Source: an uncultured Legionellales bacterium
GTDB lineage: Bacteria; Pseudomonadota; Gammaproteobacteria; JAHCLG01
Assembly (NCBI GenBank): GCA_964352985.1
Contig: CAYGUK010000003.1
Coordinates: 7,869-71,868, forward strand
Direction of reading: 5' to 3'
Length of the DNA stretch: 64,000 bases
Part shown: positions 14,504 through 27,990 of the stretch, one piece after another
How the letters are laid out: each line of letters starts with the position of its first letter
How positions within the stretch are numbered: position 1 is the first letter of the stretch
Translations under genes and position numbers: made by a program
The notes under the pieces: model-generated
The model's database searches: none
Told to the model about the DNA's origin: nothing
What the model saw: only the letters and a program-made list of their open reading frames with translations

Positions 14504-14608
14504 TTAATAATCTCAGTTTAGATTATTTTATCATAATACAGTTACATACAATGCAACAAGCTTTCTTGTAAGCTTAAGGAATATAAGAAAGGTTGCATTA
14601 AATATATT

Positions 14609-16504
14609 TCACTCACTTGTAGCCAACTCTTTATTTTTCATTTTCTTTAAATGAATTAATAAAAGTGAAATTGAAGCAGGTGTAATTCCAGGAATTCTGG
14701 CAGCCATGCCAATTGTTGTAGGTCTAATTTCTTTTAATTTTTGCTGGGCTTCTGTTGATAAACTCTTTACTTGATCATAATCAATATCATTGGGTAATAA
14801 AGTATTTTCATTTTTACTCTGTCTTTCAATTTCTGCTAATTGACGATGAATATAACCGTCGTATTTTGCTTGAACCTCAATTTGTTCAATAACATTGGAT
14901 GGTAAATTAATACAACCCACACTGGGTAATGTTGTTAGAATCTTATAATTTAGTTCTGGTCTTTTTAATAATTCAAAAGCATTATATTCTCGTGTTAACT
15001 TTTGCTGAGTTAATTTATAGAGTAATTCACTATCAACAGAATTTGCTTGAATCCAAATTTTTTGTAACCTTTCTTTTTCATCTTTAACTAACTGATATTT
15101 ATTATCAAAAGCAGCCCAGCGTTTATAATCAACTAAACCTAATTGATACCCTTTTTCAGTTAAACGCAAGTCAGCATTATCTTCTCTGAGAAGCAATCGA
15201 TATTCAGCTCTTGAAGTAAACATGCGATAAGGCTCTAAAGTGCCGCAAGTAATTAAGTCATCAATTAATACACCGATATAAGCTTCACTACGTTTTGGTG
15301 TCCATGGTGATTTATTCGCAACAAAAAGTGCGGCGTTTAAACCAGCAATAATTCCTTGAGCAGCGGCTTCTTCATATCCAGTTGTTCCATTAATTTGGCC
15401 TGCAAAAAATAATCCTTCGATATATTTAGTTTGTAATGAAGGAGCTAGATCCCTAGGATCAAAAAAGTCATACTCAATAGCATATCCGGGTCGTGTAATA
15501 TGAGAATTTTCAAAACCCTTGATTGAGCGAACAAAGTCTAACTGCATATCAAAAGGCAAGCTAGTCGAAATGCCATTTGGATAAACTTCATGGGTATTTA
15601 ATCCTTCAGGTTCAATAAATATTTGATGTGACGTTTTATCGGCAAAACGAACAACTTTATCCTCAATTGAAGGACAATATCTTGGTCCTAGGCCTTCAAT
15701 CTTACCTGTGAATAAAGGTGAGCGTTGTAAACCATCTTGAATTATTCGATGTGTTTTTTCATTTGTATAAGTAATGTGACAAGGTATCTGACGAGGATGT
15801 AAACTGGCATCCCCCATATAAGAGAACACTGGTAATGGTGTATCACTATGTTGGATACTTAAACTGGAATAATCTATTGTACGAGCGTCAATTCTTGGAG
15901 GGGTCCCTGTTTTTAGTCTTTTTACTCTAAACGGTAATGCTCTTAATCTTTGTGCTAAAGCATTCGAAGGCGGATCACCTGCTCGCCCACCTTGAAAATT
16001 AGAAAATCCAATATGGATTTTACCTCCTAAAAATGTTCCAACAGTTAAGACTACTGATTTAGCAAAAAAAGACAACCCCATTTCAGTTACTACACCGTTA
16101 ACTTGATCATTTGTAACAATGAGATCGATAACACTTTGCTGAAAAATTTCTAAATTATTTTGGTTTTCTAAAATCGAACGCATAGCTTGTCTATATAAAT
16201 TTCTATCAGCTTGCGCCCTCGTGGCTCTAACCGCCGGGCCTTTTCTTGAATTTAATATTCGAAATTGAATACCCGCTGAATCTATCGCTAACGCCATCGC
16301 GCCACCTAATGCGTCAACTTCTTTGACTAATTGACTTTTGCCAATCCCTCCGATAGCTGGATTACAAGACATTTGGCCTAAAGTCTCAATATTGTGAGTT
16401 AAAAGTAAAGTTGAAGCCCCCATGCGAGCACTTGCTAAAGCAGCTTCACTACCCGCATGCCCACCACCAATCACAATTACATCATACTGTTTTTGATAAT
16501 TCAT
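14609..16504 (-). CDS. mnmG: tRNA uridine 5-carboxymethylaminomethyl modification enzyme MnmG (GidA)
   Basis: FAD-binding N-terminus [16 protein letters not shown]. Likely start is the third Met ([11 protein letters not shown]); the ORF track begins at 16531. Confidence 0.95.
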   Translation of the reverse strand: MNYQKQYDVIVIGGGHAGSEAALASARMGASTLLLTHNIETLGQMSCNPAIGGIGKSQLVKEVDALGGAMALAIDSAGIQFRILNSRKGPAVRATRAQADRNLYRQAMRSILENQNNLEIFQQSVIDLIVTNDQVNGVVTEMGLSFFAKSVVLTVGTFLGGKIHIGFSNFQGGRAGDPPSNALAQRLRALPFRVKRLKTGTPPRIDARTIDYSSLSIQHSDTPLPVFSYMGDASLHPRQIPCHITYTNEKTHRIIQDGLQRSPLFTGKIEGLGPRYCPSIEDKVVRFADKTSHQIFIEPEGLNTHEVYPNGISTSLPFDMQLDFVRSIKGFENSHITRPGYAIEYDFFDPRDLAPSLQTKYIEGLFFAGQINGTTGYEEAAAQGIIAGLNAALFVANKSPWTPKRSEAYIGVLIDDLITCGTLEPYRMFTSRAEYRLLLREDNADLRLTEKGYQLGLVDYKRWAAFDNKYQLVKDEKERLQKIWIQANSVDSELLYKLTQQKLTREYNAFELLKRPELNYKILTTLPSVGCINLPSNVIEQIEVQAKYDGYIHRQLAEIERQSKNENTLLPNDIDYDQVKSLSTEAQQKLKEIRPTTIGMAARIPGITPASISLLLIHLKKMKNKELATSE

Positions 16505-16865
16505 TTTTTCACACATACCAACAAAGGCCATATTATAGCAAAAAGATTCTATGTAGTTTAGCTCTTTTAAAATTTTTATTTCATTGAATGTAGAATTTTA
16601 TATGAAAAATTTTTGATAAGCGCTGATTTTTATTGTTATTTTTTCATCGCTTTTGTTATTATTTTGAATGTAAAGATTGGGGGGGCTATCAAGGGATAGA
16701 CGCGTTAATGTGATACTTTGTGCTTGTAGCTAAATTAGTACTGAGAAATCATTCACTATCACAATATTGCATAGCCAACATGGGATTGTTTTTCGAAGAA
16801 ATAGTTAGAAAAGGATTTTTTTCGAAATAAACAATTGTGGGGAATTGTTTGTTTGAGGCACTTGA

Positions 16866-17144
16866 ATGACTAACAAAATTTATATCGGAAATCTTCCTTA
16901 TGATTTAGACGAAATTGCATTAAAAACTGCTTTTACTCAGTTTGGTGAAATTGTTGACGTTAAAATCGTAAAAGATAGAGACACTGGAAAATCAAGAGGT
17001 TTTGGTTTTATTACGTATACGAATCCTGAAGAAGCACGTCACGCATTAGTGATGGGCGGACAAATGTTACAAAACCGCAAACTTTTCGTAAAATTTGCTA
17101 GAGAAAGACAGCAACATCAATCATACGCTGAAGCTGAAGGTTAA
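16866..17144 (+). CDS. RRM-domain RNA-binding protein
   Basis: RNP2 motif IYIGNL and RNP1 motif KSRGFGFITY; 92 aa single RRM. Confidence 0.75.
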   Translation: MTNKIYIGNLPYDLDEIALKTAFTQFGEIVDVKIVKDRDTGKSRGFGFITYTNPEEARHALVMGGQMLQNRKLFVKFARERQQHQSYAEAEG

Positions 17145-17145
17145 T

Positions 17146-18486
17146 TTATTTTCCAATACAGAAAGATGAAAATATCACACCTAACAAATCGTCAGGTGTG
17201 AATTTTCCAGTGATATCGTTTAAATGTTGATGAGCTAATTTTAATTCCTCAGCTACACACTCTGGAAAAATATTAAGATCATTTATTGCTTTAGAAAGAT
17301 TTTTATTAGTTTCTTCTAAGGCATTAATATGTCTTCTTCTAGCTGTGAAATTACTAATATATTCACTGTTTATCTCAGAACATTTTTTTATTTCTTGATA
17401 AAGTATATTTAAACCTAAACATAATTTAGCAGATAGATAAATTGTAGGATAATTATTTTCAATAGTGACTTTTGGTTCTGTATTTGTTAAATCTATTTTA
17501 TTTTTAACAATTAATATTTTTGTTTCTGTAGGGATAGTTGAAATTATATTTTTCAAAACACTCTCATCAATATGATGATCATCTATTACAATTAATACCA
17601 AGTTCGCTAATTCAATAGCTTTTTTGGCACGTCGCATCCCTTCTAATTCTATTTCATCCTGACTTTCTCTAATACCTGCTGTATCTAAAATTTTAATTGG
17701 TAAACCATCAATAATTATATCTTGTTGAACAACATCTCTTGTTGTTCCAGGGGTATCGGTAACAATTGCTACTTCATTTTGACATAAAACATTTAATAGA
17801 CTTGATTTCCCAGCATTCGGAGGCCCGACAATAACTAAATTTATTCCCTCTTTTAAAATAAGGCCTTGTTTACAATTTTGTAAAATTGATAGTATTTGAT
17901 CTTGTAATGAACTTAGTTTATTTGCTACAGCACCATCAGATAAAAAATCAACTTCCTCATCTGGAAAATCAATTGCAGCTTCAATATACATTCTTAATTC
18001 AACAATTTTTTTATCTAATTCAGAAATCAGGTTTGAAAATTCACCCTGTAAAGAATTAATTGCACTTTTTGCAGCACTAGATGTCGTGCTTTCGATAAGA
18101 TCAGCAATAGCTTCTGCTTGAGTTAAATCAATTTTGTTATTTAAAAATGCTCGTTTTGAAAATTCACCAGGTAATGCAATTCTCGCTCCAAGCTCAAGCG
18201 TGCGTTTTAATAATAAATCTAAAACTACGGGACCACCATGGCCATGTAATTCCACTACATCTTCGCCAGTAAAGGAATGAGGACTAGGAAAAAACAAACC
18301 TAAACCAATATCAATAACTTGATTATTTTCATCATAAAACTTTGTATAAGTCGCATATCTTGGCAAGAATTTTTTTTTTGTGAGTTCTGTAAGAATTGAC
18401 TTAGCTTTTACTCCAGAAATTCTGATTATACCAACTCCCCCTTTACCCGGAGGAGTTGCAATCGCAGAAATAGTATATTCAGTCAT
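17146..18486 (-). CDS. mnmE: tRNA modification GTPase MnmE (TrmE)
   Basis: G-domain GPPNAGKSSLLN and the C-terminal CIGK motif typical of MnmE. Confidence 0.95.
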   Translation of the reverse strand: MTEYTISAIATPPGKGGVGIIRISGVKAKSILTELTKKKFLPRYATYTKFYDENNQVIDIGLGLFFPSPHSFTGEDVVELHGHGGPVVLDLLLKRTLELGARIALPGEFSKRAFLNNKIDLTQAEAIADLIESTTSSAAKSAINSLQGEFSNLISELDKKIVELRMYIEAAIDFPDEEVDFLSDGAVANKLSSLQDQILSILQNCKQGLILKEGINLVIVGPPNAGKSSLLNVLCQNEVAIVTDTPGTTRDVVQQDIIIDGLPIKILDTAGIRESQDEIELEGMRRAKKAIELANLVLIVIDDHHIDESVLKNIISTIPTETKILIVKNKIDLTNTEPKVTIENNYPTIYLSAKLCLGLNILYQEIKKCSEINSEYISNFTARRRHINALEETNKNLSKAINDLNIFPECVAEELKLAHQHLNDITGKFTPDDLLGVIFSSFCIGK

Positions 18487-20171
18487 TATTTATTTTTCTT
18501 AAGAGCTAACTCTTTTTCAATTTTTTGCGTGATATACCATTGTTGTAATATTGATAATAAATTATTAACAAGCCAATATAAAACCAAACCAGATGGAAAC
18601 GTAGCAAACAGTGCTGTAAAAACAATTGGCATTAACATCATAATCTTTGCTTGCGTTGGATCTGGCGGAGCAGGACTCATTTTTTGTTGTAAAAACATAG
18701 TAACCCCCATCAAAATAGGCAAGATAAAATAAGGATCGCGAGCTGATAAATCATGAATCCAAAAAATAAATGGAGCCTGCCGTAACTCAACACTTTCAAT
18801 TAAAACCCAGTATAAACCTAGAAATACTGGTATCTGAACTAAAATAGGTAAACAACCACCTAATGGATTTACTTTTTCGCTTTTATATAACTCCATTAAT
18901 CTTTTAGAAAATTCTTGTTTATCTTTACCATATCTATCTTTTAGCGATTTAATCCTAGGCTGAAGTAATCGCATTTTAGCCATTGATCGATAACTAGTTG
19001 CTGATAATTTATAAAATAAAAGCTTAATAATTAAGGTTACAAAAACAATTGCCCATCCCCAGTTACCTAAGAAATTATAAATTTTGAGCATTAACCAAAA
19101 AACAATAACAGAAATAAACCACCAGTATTTTCCATAATCAATTGTTAATGATAATCCTGGTGCAATATTTTCTAATCGCGATGCAATTGCTGGTCCAGTG
19201 TAAAACTTAGAACTTATTGTAATAGTTTTTCCCGCAGGTACATTTATTTCTGGTCCGCGCATACCCAAAGTATATATTCCATTATTTGCTAAAGAATAAT
19301 AATTAAATGTTTTATCTGGATTAGGTATCCATGCACTTAAAAAATAATGCTGAACCATAGCTAACCAACCATTTTTTATATTACGATTTAATGGTTGTTT
19401 TTGCATATCTGAGAAAGGTATTTTTTCAAAGCGTTCAGAAGGACTGGAGATTGCGCCACCTAGATAAGTTAAATGATGAAACACGCCCTTATGAGCCCCC
19501 TCAGATTCTTTTCTTAATAATTGATTATATAAATGCCCCTGCCAAACTTGGCTTGATTGATTATCTACATGATAAGTAACCTTTACAAGGTAACTATCTC
19601 GAGTAAAAGTAAATGATTTTACTAACTTTAATCCACTTGAATTTTGCCAATGTAAATCTACTGTTAATGTTTTTTCATTTGGTTCTAAAGAATAGTTAGA
19701 TTGCGATGAAGTATAGGAAATTTGACCATTTTCAGGCGTATCAGGTCCTTGTTTTCCAGTTAATCCACTTTGAGCAACGTAATAGGAATCATTATTAATA
19801 TTAAGTAAAACAAATGGATCATTAGGTTGATTAATTTTAGTGGGGTATTTAACTAAGCTAGATCCGATAATATTACCACCTTGTGTATCTAGAGTAATAT
19901 TTAGTAGATCTGTTTTAATATGGATAAGTTGGCTATTGCTAGCTATATTTTTTATTACTTTGTTTGCCTTCACATGATTTTGTTTATTTTTTAAATGATC
20001 GGGGATTATTGGAACAATTGAATTATTATTAATGCCATTTTGGTGAGATTGATTTAATTGCTGCTGTGTATTGGTCGTTTCTTTAGGGCCATAATCTAAT
20101 TGCCATTGAGACCATAGTTGTAAGATTACTAACGCTAAAGCAATATAAAGAAAAAGTCGTTTATAATCCAT
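18486..20171 (-). CDS. yidC: Membrane protein insertase YidC
   Basis: 561 aa with a large periplasmic domain and a conserved C-terminal 5-TM core. Position in the rpmH-rnpA-yidD-yidC-mnmE cluster is canonical. Confidence 0.95.
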   Translation of the reverse strand: MDYKRLFLYIALALVILQLWSQWQLDYGPKETTNTQQQLNQSHQNGINNNSIVPIIPDHLKNKQNHVKANKVIKNIASNSQLIHIKTDLLNITLDTQGGNIIGSSLVKYPTKINQPNDPFVLLNINNDSYYVAQSGLTGKQGPDTPENGQISYTSSQSNYSLEPNEKTLTVDLHWQNSSGLKLVKSFTFTRDSYLVKVTYHVDNQSSQVWQGHLYNQLLRKESEGAHKGVFHHLTYLGGAISSPSERFEKIPFSDMQKQPLNRNIKNGWLAMVQHYFLSAWIPNPDKTFNYYSLANNGIYTLGMRGPEINVPAGKTITISSKFYTGPAIASRLENIAPGLSLTIDYGKYWWFISVIVFWLMLKIYNFLGNWGWAIVFVTLIIKLLFYKLSATSYRSMAKMRLLQPRIKSLKDRYGKDKQEFSKRLMELYKSEKVNPLGGCLPILVQIPVFLGLYWVLIESVELRQAPFIFWIHDLSARDPYFILPILMGVTMFLQQKMSPAPPDPTQAKIMMLMPIVFTALFATFPSGLVLYWLVNNLLSILQQWYITQKIEKELALKKNK

Positions 20172-20421
20172 TGTGATTTATACCTTTTTTGTGCGGGACT
20201 GGATCATATCCACCGGGATGCCATGGGTGGCATTTTAAAATCCGACGAATAGTAAAAATAAAACCTGTAAAAATACCATGTTCAACAATCGAATCAATCG
20301 AATATCTTGAACAAGAAGGATAAAACCGACAACGAGGGCCTATTAAAGGGCTAAGAAGATATCGATAAGATTTTATAACAAGAATTATTGCTTGTTGAAC
20401 TTTGTTTCTACCTTCGACCAC
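20161..20421 (-). CDS. yidD: Membrane protein insertion efficiency factor YidD
   Basis: YRYLLSPLIGPRCRFYPSCSRY hallmark. Overlaps rnpA and yidC. Confidence 0.8.
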   Translation of the reverse strand: MVEGRNKVQQAIILVIKSYRYLLSPLIGPRCRFYPSCSRYSIDSIVEHGIFTGFIFTIRRILKCHPWHPGGYDPVPHKKGINHNGL

Positions 20422-20744
20422 ATCTTCCCCAATTCATTAAATAAAACAGTATTTATACACGTTTTAGCTTCAGCTCTCGCTATAATAACAATGTCTCGAT
20501 TTGGTAATTTATTTTTTTCATAGCGAAAACTTTCTCTAATTATTCGCTTAATTCTATTTCTTGCAAATGCTTTTCGCACCGCTTTTTTTGTTACCACCAC
20601 CCCAACTCGAGGATGTAAAACTTCATTTTCAGTTATAAGAACAACAAAAAACTTACTCACAATTTTTTTGTTAGATGCGTAAACACGCTTATACTGTTTA
20701 CGATTTAATAAACGGTAAGATTTAGGGTAATTATAGGTACTCAA
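20385..20744 (-). CDS. rnpA: RNase P protein component
   Basis: 119 aa basic protein between rpmH and yidD, with conserved FRYEKNKL and RNRIKR-type motifs. Confidence 0.85.
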   Translation of the reverse strand: MSTYNYPKSYRLLNRKQYKRVYASNKKIVSKFFVVLITENEVLHPRVGVVVTKKAVRKAFARNRIKRIIRESFRYEKNKLPNRDIVIIARAEAKTCINTVLFNELGKMWSKVETKFNKQ

Positions 20745-20755
20745 TAGTGGATTAA

Positions 20756-20890
20756 TTAGCCTGTTAATTTATGACGTCCTTTACGGCGTCTACGGCTAAT
20801 GACAGCACGACCTGCTCGGGTTTTCATTCGGGCCCGAAAACCATGAGTACGGTTCTTTTTTAAATTGCTAGGTTGATAGGTTCTCTTCAT
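20756..20890 (-). CDS. rpmH: 50S ribosomal protein L34
   Basis: Not in the ORF track (44 aa). Hand translation gives [44 protein letters not shown], the canonical L34 sequence. Start is the revcomp of cat at 20888-20890; stop is the revcomp of tta at 20756-20758. Confidence 0.9.
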   Translation of the reverse strand: MKRTYQPSNLKKNRTHGFRARMKTRAGRAVISRRRRKGRHKLTG

Positions 20891-20994
20891 GTTCTTAACG
20901 TCTATTTAGTTGATTTAAAGTTCTCATTTTGAGCCTGAACGCGCGATTTTATTGAAGTACAGTAGGTATGTCAACTATTTATGATAGGTTATCA

Positions 20995-21060
20995 GCTCAC
21001 TAATAATAATATTATTATATAAATATTTAATATTGTTATTATTAGTGTAGGTTTTTCTTG
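20995..21060. repeat. Extremely AT-rich tract, candidate DNA unwinding element
   Basis: taataataatattattatataaatatttaatattgttattattag lies within the candidate origin. Confidence 0.3.
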
Positions 21061-21342
21061 TTTATAACTGTAATTATCCATTATCTTTCAATTGGTTGAA
21101 TACTTTATAAGTTACTTTTTAACCTCTTAATAATGACCCTATAAGTTTAAGAATAATTTATTCATAAGTTTAAGGTTTCAACATCTCGATAACTTATTCA
21201 CATAAAAAAAGTTAAATTATCCTCTACAATATCAATATTGCTTAAATGTGTATTTTTTAAAAATGTTGAGAAGTTATTCTTACTTCTATAATAATAAGTA
21301 TTATTAATATTTTAGTTATTGTTATTATTATGTCTCTTTTTT

Positions 21343-21351
21343 TTGTGGATA
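21343..21351. promoter_or_regulatory. DnaA box TGTGGATAA (perfect 9-mer)
   Basis: Exact match to TTATCCACA in reverse orientation. Confidence 0.7.
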
Positions 21352-21581
21352 AGCCTTAAAAACAAATTTATATTAAGCTCTTACAAAAATTATTAATTGT
21401 TAATATCCCACAGAATAACCCTTGTCTTTGAATGAGTATTAAATGTGAATTGTTTTTTCTAATGATAATTTTATTAAGTTACACACATAATATATATCAC
21501 TTATTTGCAATTTTGTAATATTTACTTTTGTCTCTTTATAAAAATGCCAAAATATTTTTTTTATTTTTTTATATTAATAGA

Positions 21582-21590
21582 TGTGGATAA
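21582..21590. promoter_or_regulatory. DnaA box TGTGGATAA (perfect 9-mer), about 60 bp upstream of the dnaA start
   Basis: Exact consensus match. Its position is typical of an autoregulatory box in the dnaA promoter. Confidence 0.7.
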
Positions 21591-21649
21591 CTTCAATAAA
21601 GGAGTATAGAATTAGCAACCCGGTTTGGTGAAGGTTTGAGGGAGATTTA

Positions 21650-23002
21650 TTGGTGGAACTCACTGTTTGGAACGAGTGTTTAAATTCCTTGAAAAAAGAA
21701 TATTCAACACATCAATTCAATACTTGGATTTTACCATTGCAAGCTGAAGTAAAAGATGACATCCTCATGTTACTTGCGCCTAACCGATTTGTTTGTGATT
21801 GGATTGAGCAAAATTATCTCTGCCACATTAACGATATTTTAAATCGATTATCTGGTGATGAAAAATTAAAAATTAATTTACAAGTTGGTAGTAAATCAAC
21901 TTCTGCTTCTAATGATATTAAAACTATCAAAATTAATTCTAACACTAAAAAATCAGATAAAAAATTATCCAATACAGTCCATCGAAATAATTTAAATAAA
22001 TTATTTACATTTGATAATTTTGTTGAAGGTAAATCTAATCAACTAGCAAGAGCTGCCTCTATTCAAGTCGCTGAAAATCCAGGAGGGGCTTACAATCCTT
22101 TATTTATTTATGGTGGTGTTGGGTTAGGTAAAACTCATTTAATGCATGCTGTTGGTAATTTAATTCAAACAAATAAAAGAGATGCGACAGTGCTTTATTT
22201 ACATTCTGAGCGTTTTGTGGCAGATATGGTTAGAGCTTTACAAACTAATACGATGAATGAATTTAAACGTTACTATCGTTCTGTTGATGCTTTATTAATT
22301 GATGATATTCAGTTTTTTGCGGGCAAAGATCGATCTCAAGAAGAGTTTTTTCATACTTTTAATGCGTTGTTAGAAGGACAACAACAAATGATATTAACTT
22401 GTGATCGTTATCCTAAAGAAATTAATGGATTAGAGGAACGATTACGATCAAGATTTGGATGGGGATTAACTGTTGCTGTTGAGCCGCCTGAGCTTGAAAT
22501 GCGTGTTGCAATTTTAATGAGTAAAGCAGAACAATCTGGTGTTGAGTTACCTTATGAAGTTGCATTTTTTATTGCAAAAAGAATTAGATCGAATGTTCGT
22601 GAACTTGAGGGTGCCTTGAAACGGGTTATTGCAAATGCTCATTTCACCGGGAAAGCAATAACTTTAGATTTTGTCAAAGAAGCATTAAAAGATTTACTAG
22701 CACTACAGGATAAATTAGTTACTATAGAAAATATACAAAAAACAATTGCTGAATATTATAAAATAAAAGTATCTGATTTATTATCTAAAAGACGAAGCCG
22801 ATCAGTAGCTCGACCCCGTCAGATGGCTATGGCAATTTCAAAGGAGCTAACCAATCATAGCTTACCTGAAATAGGAGAAGCTTTTGGTGGTCGTGATCAC
22901 ACAACAGTTTTACATGCCTGTCGGAAAATTAAAGATCTTATTAACACAAATTTAGATATTGCTGAAGATTATAAAAACTTGTTACGTATTCTATCAACAT
23001 AA
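21650..23002 (+). CDS. dnaA: Chromosomal replication initiator DnaA
   Basis: 450 aa with AAA+ Walker A motif [10 protein letters not shown] and a C-terminal DNA-binding domain. Start is TTG at 21650 or GTG at 21653, with a GAGGGAG SD 8-10 nt upstream. Confidence 0.95.
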   Translation: MVELTVWNECLNSLKKEYSTHQFNTWILPLQAEVKDDILMLLAPNRFVCDWIEQNYLCHINDILNRLSGDEKLKINLQVGSKSTSASNDIKTIKINSNTKKSDKKLSNTVHRNNLNKLFTFDNFVEGKSNQLARAASIQVAENPGGAYNPLFIYGGVGLGKTHLMHAVGNLIQTNKRDATVLYLHSERFVADMVRALQTNTMNEFKRYYRSVDALLIDDIQFFAGKDRSQEEFFHTFNALLEGQQQMILTCDRYPKEINGLEERLRSRFGWGLTVAVEPPELEMRVAILMSKAEQSGVELPYEVAFFIAKRIRSNVRELEGALKRVIANAHFTGKAITLDFVKEALKDLLALQDKLVTIENIQKTIAEYYKIKVSDLLSKRRSRSVARPRQMAMAISKELTNHSLPEIGEAFGGRDHTTVLHACRKIKDLINTNLDIAEDYKNLLRILST

Positions 23003-23120
23003 TTTTTTTGATTTTTAAAATCAATTTATATCTGCATTTTTATCGCGATGTATAGATTTCCTGTTTTTAGACTCTCTGATATAATTTGGTTTATTTTTTC
23101 GATTATTTAAGGATTATTAC

Positions 23121-24230
23121 ATGCGTTTTACAATCCAACGTGAACTGGTGGTAAAACCTTTACAATTTGTAGTTGGTGTTGTTGAGCGTCGTAAAACAGT
23201 CCCTATTCTTGCTAATATTTTAACAGAAGTTAGTGATCAGTATCTTACATTTACTGCTACTGATTTAGAAGTTCAGTTAAAAGCTAGTATAAATCTAAAT
23301 TGTAGTGTAATACCAGGTAAGATAACGATACCTGGACGTAAACTGTTTGATATTTGTCGAGCTTTACCTGAAGAAAGTCTGATTACCTGTGAACTTGATG
23401 ATGGTAGAGTTATAATTAGCTGTAATCAAACTAAATTCACGTTATTAACTCTTCCTGCTGAAGAATATCCAAACATTGGTGAGGATATTGGGATATTGGA
23501 GTTTTCTATCAAACAAAATGAATTACGTTTATTGCTTGAGAAAACTCAATTTTCAATGGCTAATCAGGATGTTCGATATTTTCTGAATGGGTTACTGTTA
23601 GAAGTAGGGCGAGAAAAAATATCTGCCGTTTCGGCAGATGGACATCGTATGTCTTTATGCGCTGTCTCTGCTCCTGGAATTAGTCCTCCTGAGTTGACTC
23701 AAGTTATTATTCCTAGAAAAGGTATCACTGAGTTATATCGTTTGTTAGAAGAAAGTGATGAATGTGTCGATATTGTTATTACTGAAAATCATATTAAAGT
23801 TACAACATCTTCTGTTATTTTTACTTCAAAATTAATTGATGGTCGATTCCCTGATTATAATAATGTAATACCTCGAAATGGTGATAAACAAATAGAAGTG
23901 GATTGTGAACAATTGAAACAAGTTTTAACTAGAGCTTCTATTTTAACCAATGAAAAATATAAAGGTGTTTGTCTACAATTACGTAATGGTATGTTAAATG
24001 TAATGGCAAATAATCCCGAACAAGAAGAAGTTGAAGATTGTTTAATGATAAATGAATATGATGGTGCTGATTTAGATATAGGTTTTAATGTTAATTATAT
24101 AATTGATGTGCTAAATACTATTAATTGTGAAAGAGTAAGATTAACTTTTAAAGATACACAAAGTAGTTTGCTTATTGAAGGTTGTGATGAAGTTGATAGT
24201 GTTTATGTTGTGATGCCTATGCGTTTATAG
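23121..24230 (+). CDS. dnaN: DNA polymerase III beta sliding clamp
   Basis: 369 aa with MRFTIQRE N-terminus and C-terminal ...MPMRL, typical DnaN ends. Confidence 0.95.
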   Translation: MRFTIQRELVVKPLQFVVGVVERRKTVPILANILTEVSDQYLTFTATDLEVQLKASINLNCSVIPGKITIPGRKLFDICRALPEESLITCELDDGRVIISCNQTKFTLLTLPAEEYPNIGEDIGILEFSIKQNELRLLLEKTQFSMANQDVRYFLNGLLLEVGREKISAVSADGHRMSLCAVSAPGISPPELTQVIIPRKGITELYRLLEESDECVDIVITENHIKVTTSSVIFTSKLIDGRFPDYNNVIPRNGDKQIEVDCEQLKQVLTRASILTNEKYKGVCLQLRNGMLNVMANNPEQEEVEDCLMINEYDGADLDIGFNVNYIIDVLNTINCERVRLTFKDTQSSLLIEGCDEVDSVYVVMPMRL

Positions 24231-24242
24231 CCGCCGAAAATA

Positions 24243-25340
24243 ATGACAATTAATCAAATTCACATCCGCAACGTACGTAATTTAATTGATGTAAGTTTAC
24301 AGTTAAATTCAAGTTTAAATGTATTAATTGGACAAAATGGAAGTGGTAAAACTAGTGTTTTAGAAGGAATTTCCTTATTAACTATGGGGCGATCATTTCG
24401 TAGTCGTATTTTTTCTAAGATTATTAACCTTGATTCTAAATCTCTTACCATATTTGCAAATGTTACAGATGTTAAAACTGGTCGCAATCATAATTTGGGT
24501 TTTTCAAGACAGAAAGGTGTTGCAAAAGTAAGAATAAAGAAAGATGGAGTTGATATATCTTCTATTTCTTCAATTGCTAAAATGTTGCCTGTTTTATTAT
24601 TGAATCACGATGGATATAGTTTAATAGAAAGTGCTCCTATCTATAGAAGACAATACTTCGATTTAATAATGTTTCACGTGGAACCTCTTTTTTTTACTTA
24701 TTGGAAAAAAATTCAAAAAATAATAAAACAACGAAATGCAGCATTAAAAGGATTATTGGATAAAAAATTGATTCAAAGTTGGGATGAAAAGTTAGTTGAA
24801 TATTCTTTGATTATTACGAAAATGAGACAAACTATCTTTACTGAATTAGCCCCTTTTCTACATAAAGTTATAAAAGAACTTCTCAACATAGATTGTATCA
24901 GTTTTGAATTTTTTCAAGGTTGGAATTCACAAAAAAGTCTTAGTTCTGTTTTATCAGATAACTTAGAAAAGGATCGCTATTTATGTTATACAACGCAAGG
25001 GCCCCATCGTTTTGATATACTAATAAAAATAAATAAAATTAGTGTTCATGATATTCTTTCTAGAGGACAAAAAAAGCTTTTGTTTTCTGCTCTTCGTTTA
25101 GCGCAAGGTATGTTAATATCTCAAAAAATTGGAATTTCTCCAATATACTTAGTTGATGATCTTAATGCTGAGTTAGATGAAAAAAAACGTTTTTATCTTG
25201 TTGATTTTTTGTTAAATCTCGAATCTCAAATTATCATGACAGGAGTTTCACAATCAGAACTCGCTTTTTTGGATTCTTTTCCATGTAATATGTTTCACGT
25301 GAAACAAGGTAGAATAGAGATGGATTCTCTATGCGAATAA
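24243..25340 (+). CDS. recF: DNA replication and repair protein RecF
   Basis: Walker A motif GQNGSGKTSVLE. Canonical position between dnaN and gyrB. Confidence 0.9.
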   Translation: MTINQIHIRNVRNLIDVSLQLNSSLNVLIGQNGSGKTSVLEGISLLTMGRSFRSRIFSKIINLDSKSLTIFANVTDVKTGRNHNLGFSRQKGVAKVRIKKDGVDISSISSIAKMLPVLLLNHDGYSLIESAPIYRRQYFDLIMFHVEPLFFTYWKKIQKIIKQRNAALKGLLDKKLIQSWDEKLVEYSLIITKMRQTIFTELAPFLHKVIKELLNIDCISFEFFQGWNSQKSLSSVLSDNLEKDRYLCYTTQGPHRFDILIKINKISVHDILSRGQKKLLFSALRLAQGMLISQKIGISPIYLVDDLNAELDEKKRFYLVDFLLNLESQIIMTGVSQSELAFLDSFPCNMFHVKQGRIEMDSLCE

Positions 25341-25417
25341 CATATTGTTTTGCAATAAATAGTCAACTAGTTTTACCCCATTTGTACAATAAAATGATAT
25401 AATGATTTTTTTATTAG

Positions 25418-27850
<2,433 letters not shown>

Positions 27851-27990
27851 AAAGTCTCTGTCAATATTTTTTTATAACCAGCTGTAATGTGGGCGCTTTC
27901 AATAATGATTGCGGCGCAGGCCTGAATTGTTATATTATATTATTTCTAATATAATATTGATTTACTTTAATACCTAAGGCGCAATTTAGT

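Larger units (their letters stand above)
20891..21649. promoter_or_regulatory. oriC: Candidate oriC / dnaA promoter region (AT-rich rpmH-dnaA intergenic region)
   Basis: 759 bp, very AT-rich, with two perfect DnaA boxes and two 7/9 boxes. A coding-strand switch occurs exactly here (all minus to the left, all plus to the right). Confidence 0.55.

Noticed and set aside
16532-16865. Possible oriC in the mnmG upstream region (as in E. coli gidA-mioC)
   Set aside because: No perfect DnaA boxes were seen (only TTGTGGGGAA-type two-mismatch sites). The strand-orientation switch is at rpmH-dnaA, not here.
13706-24487. Shadow ORFs 13706-13921, 18529-18732, 19391-19579, 24260-24487
   Set aside because: Antisense within parA, yidC and recF; spurious.
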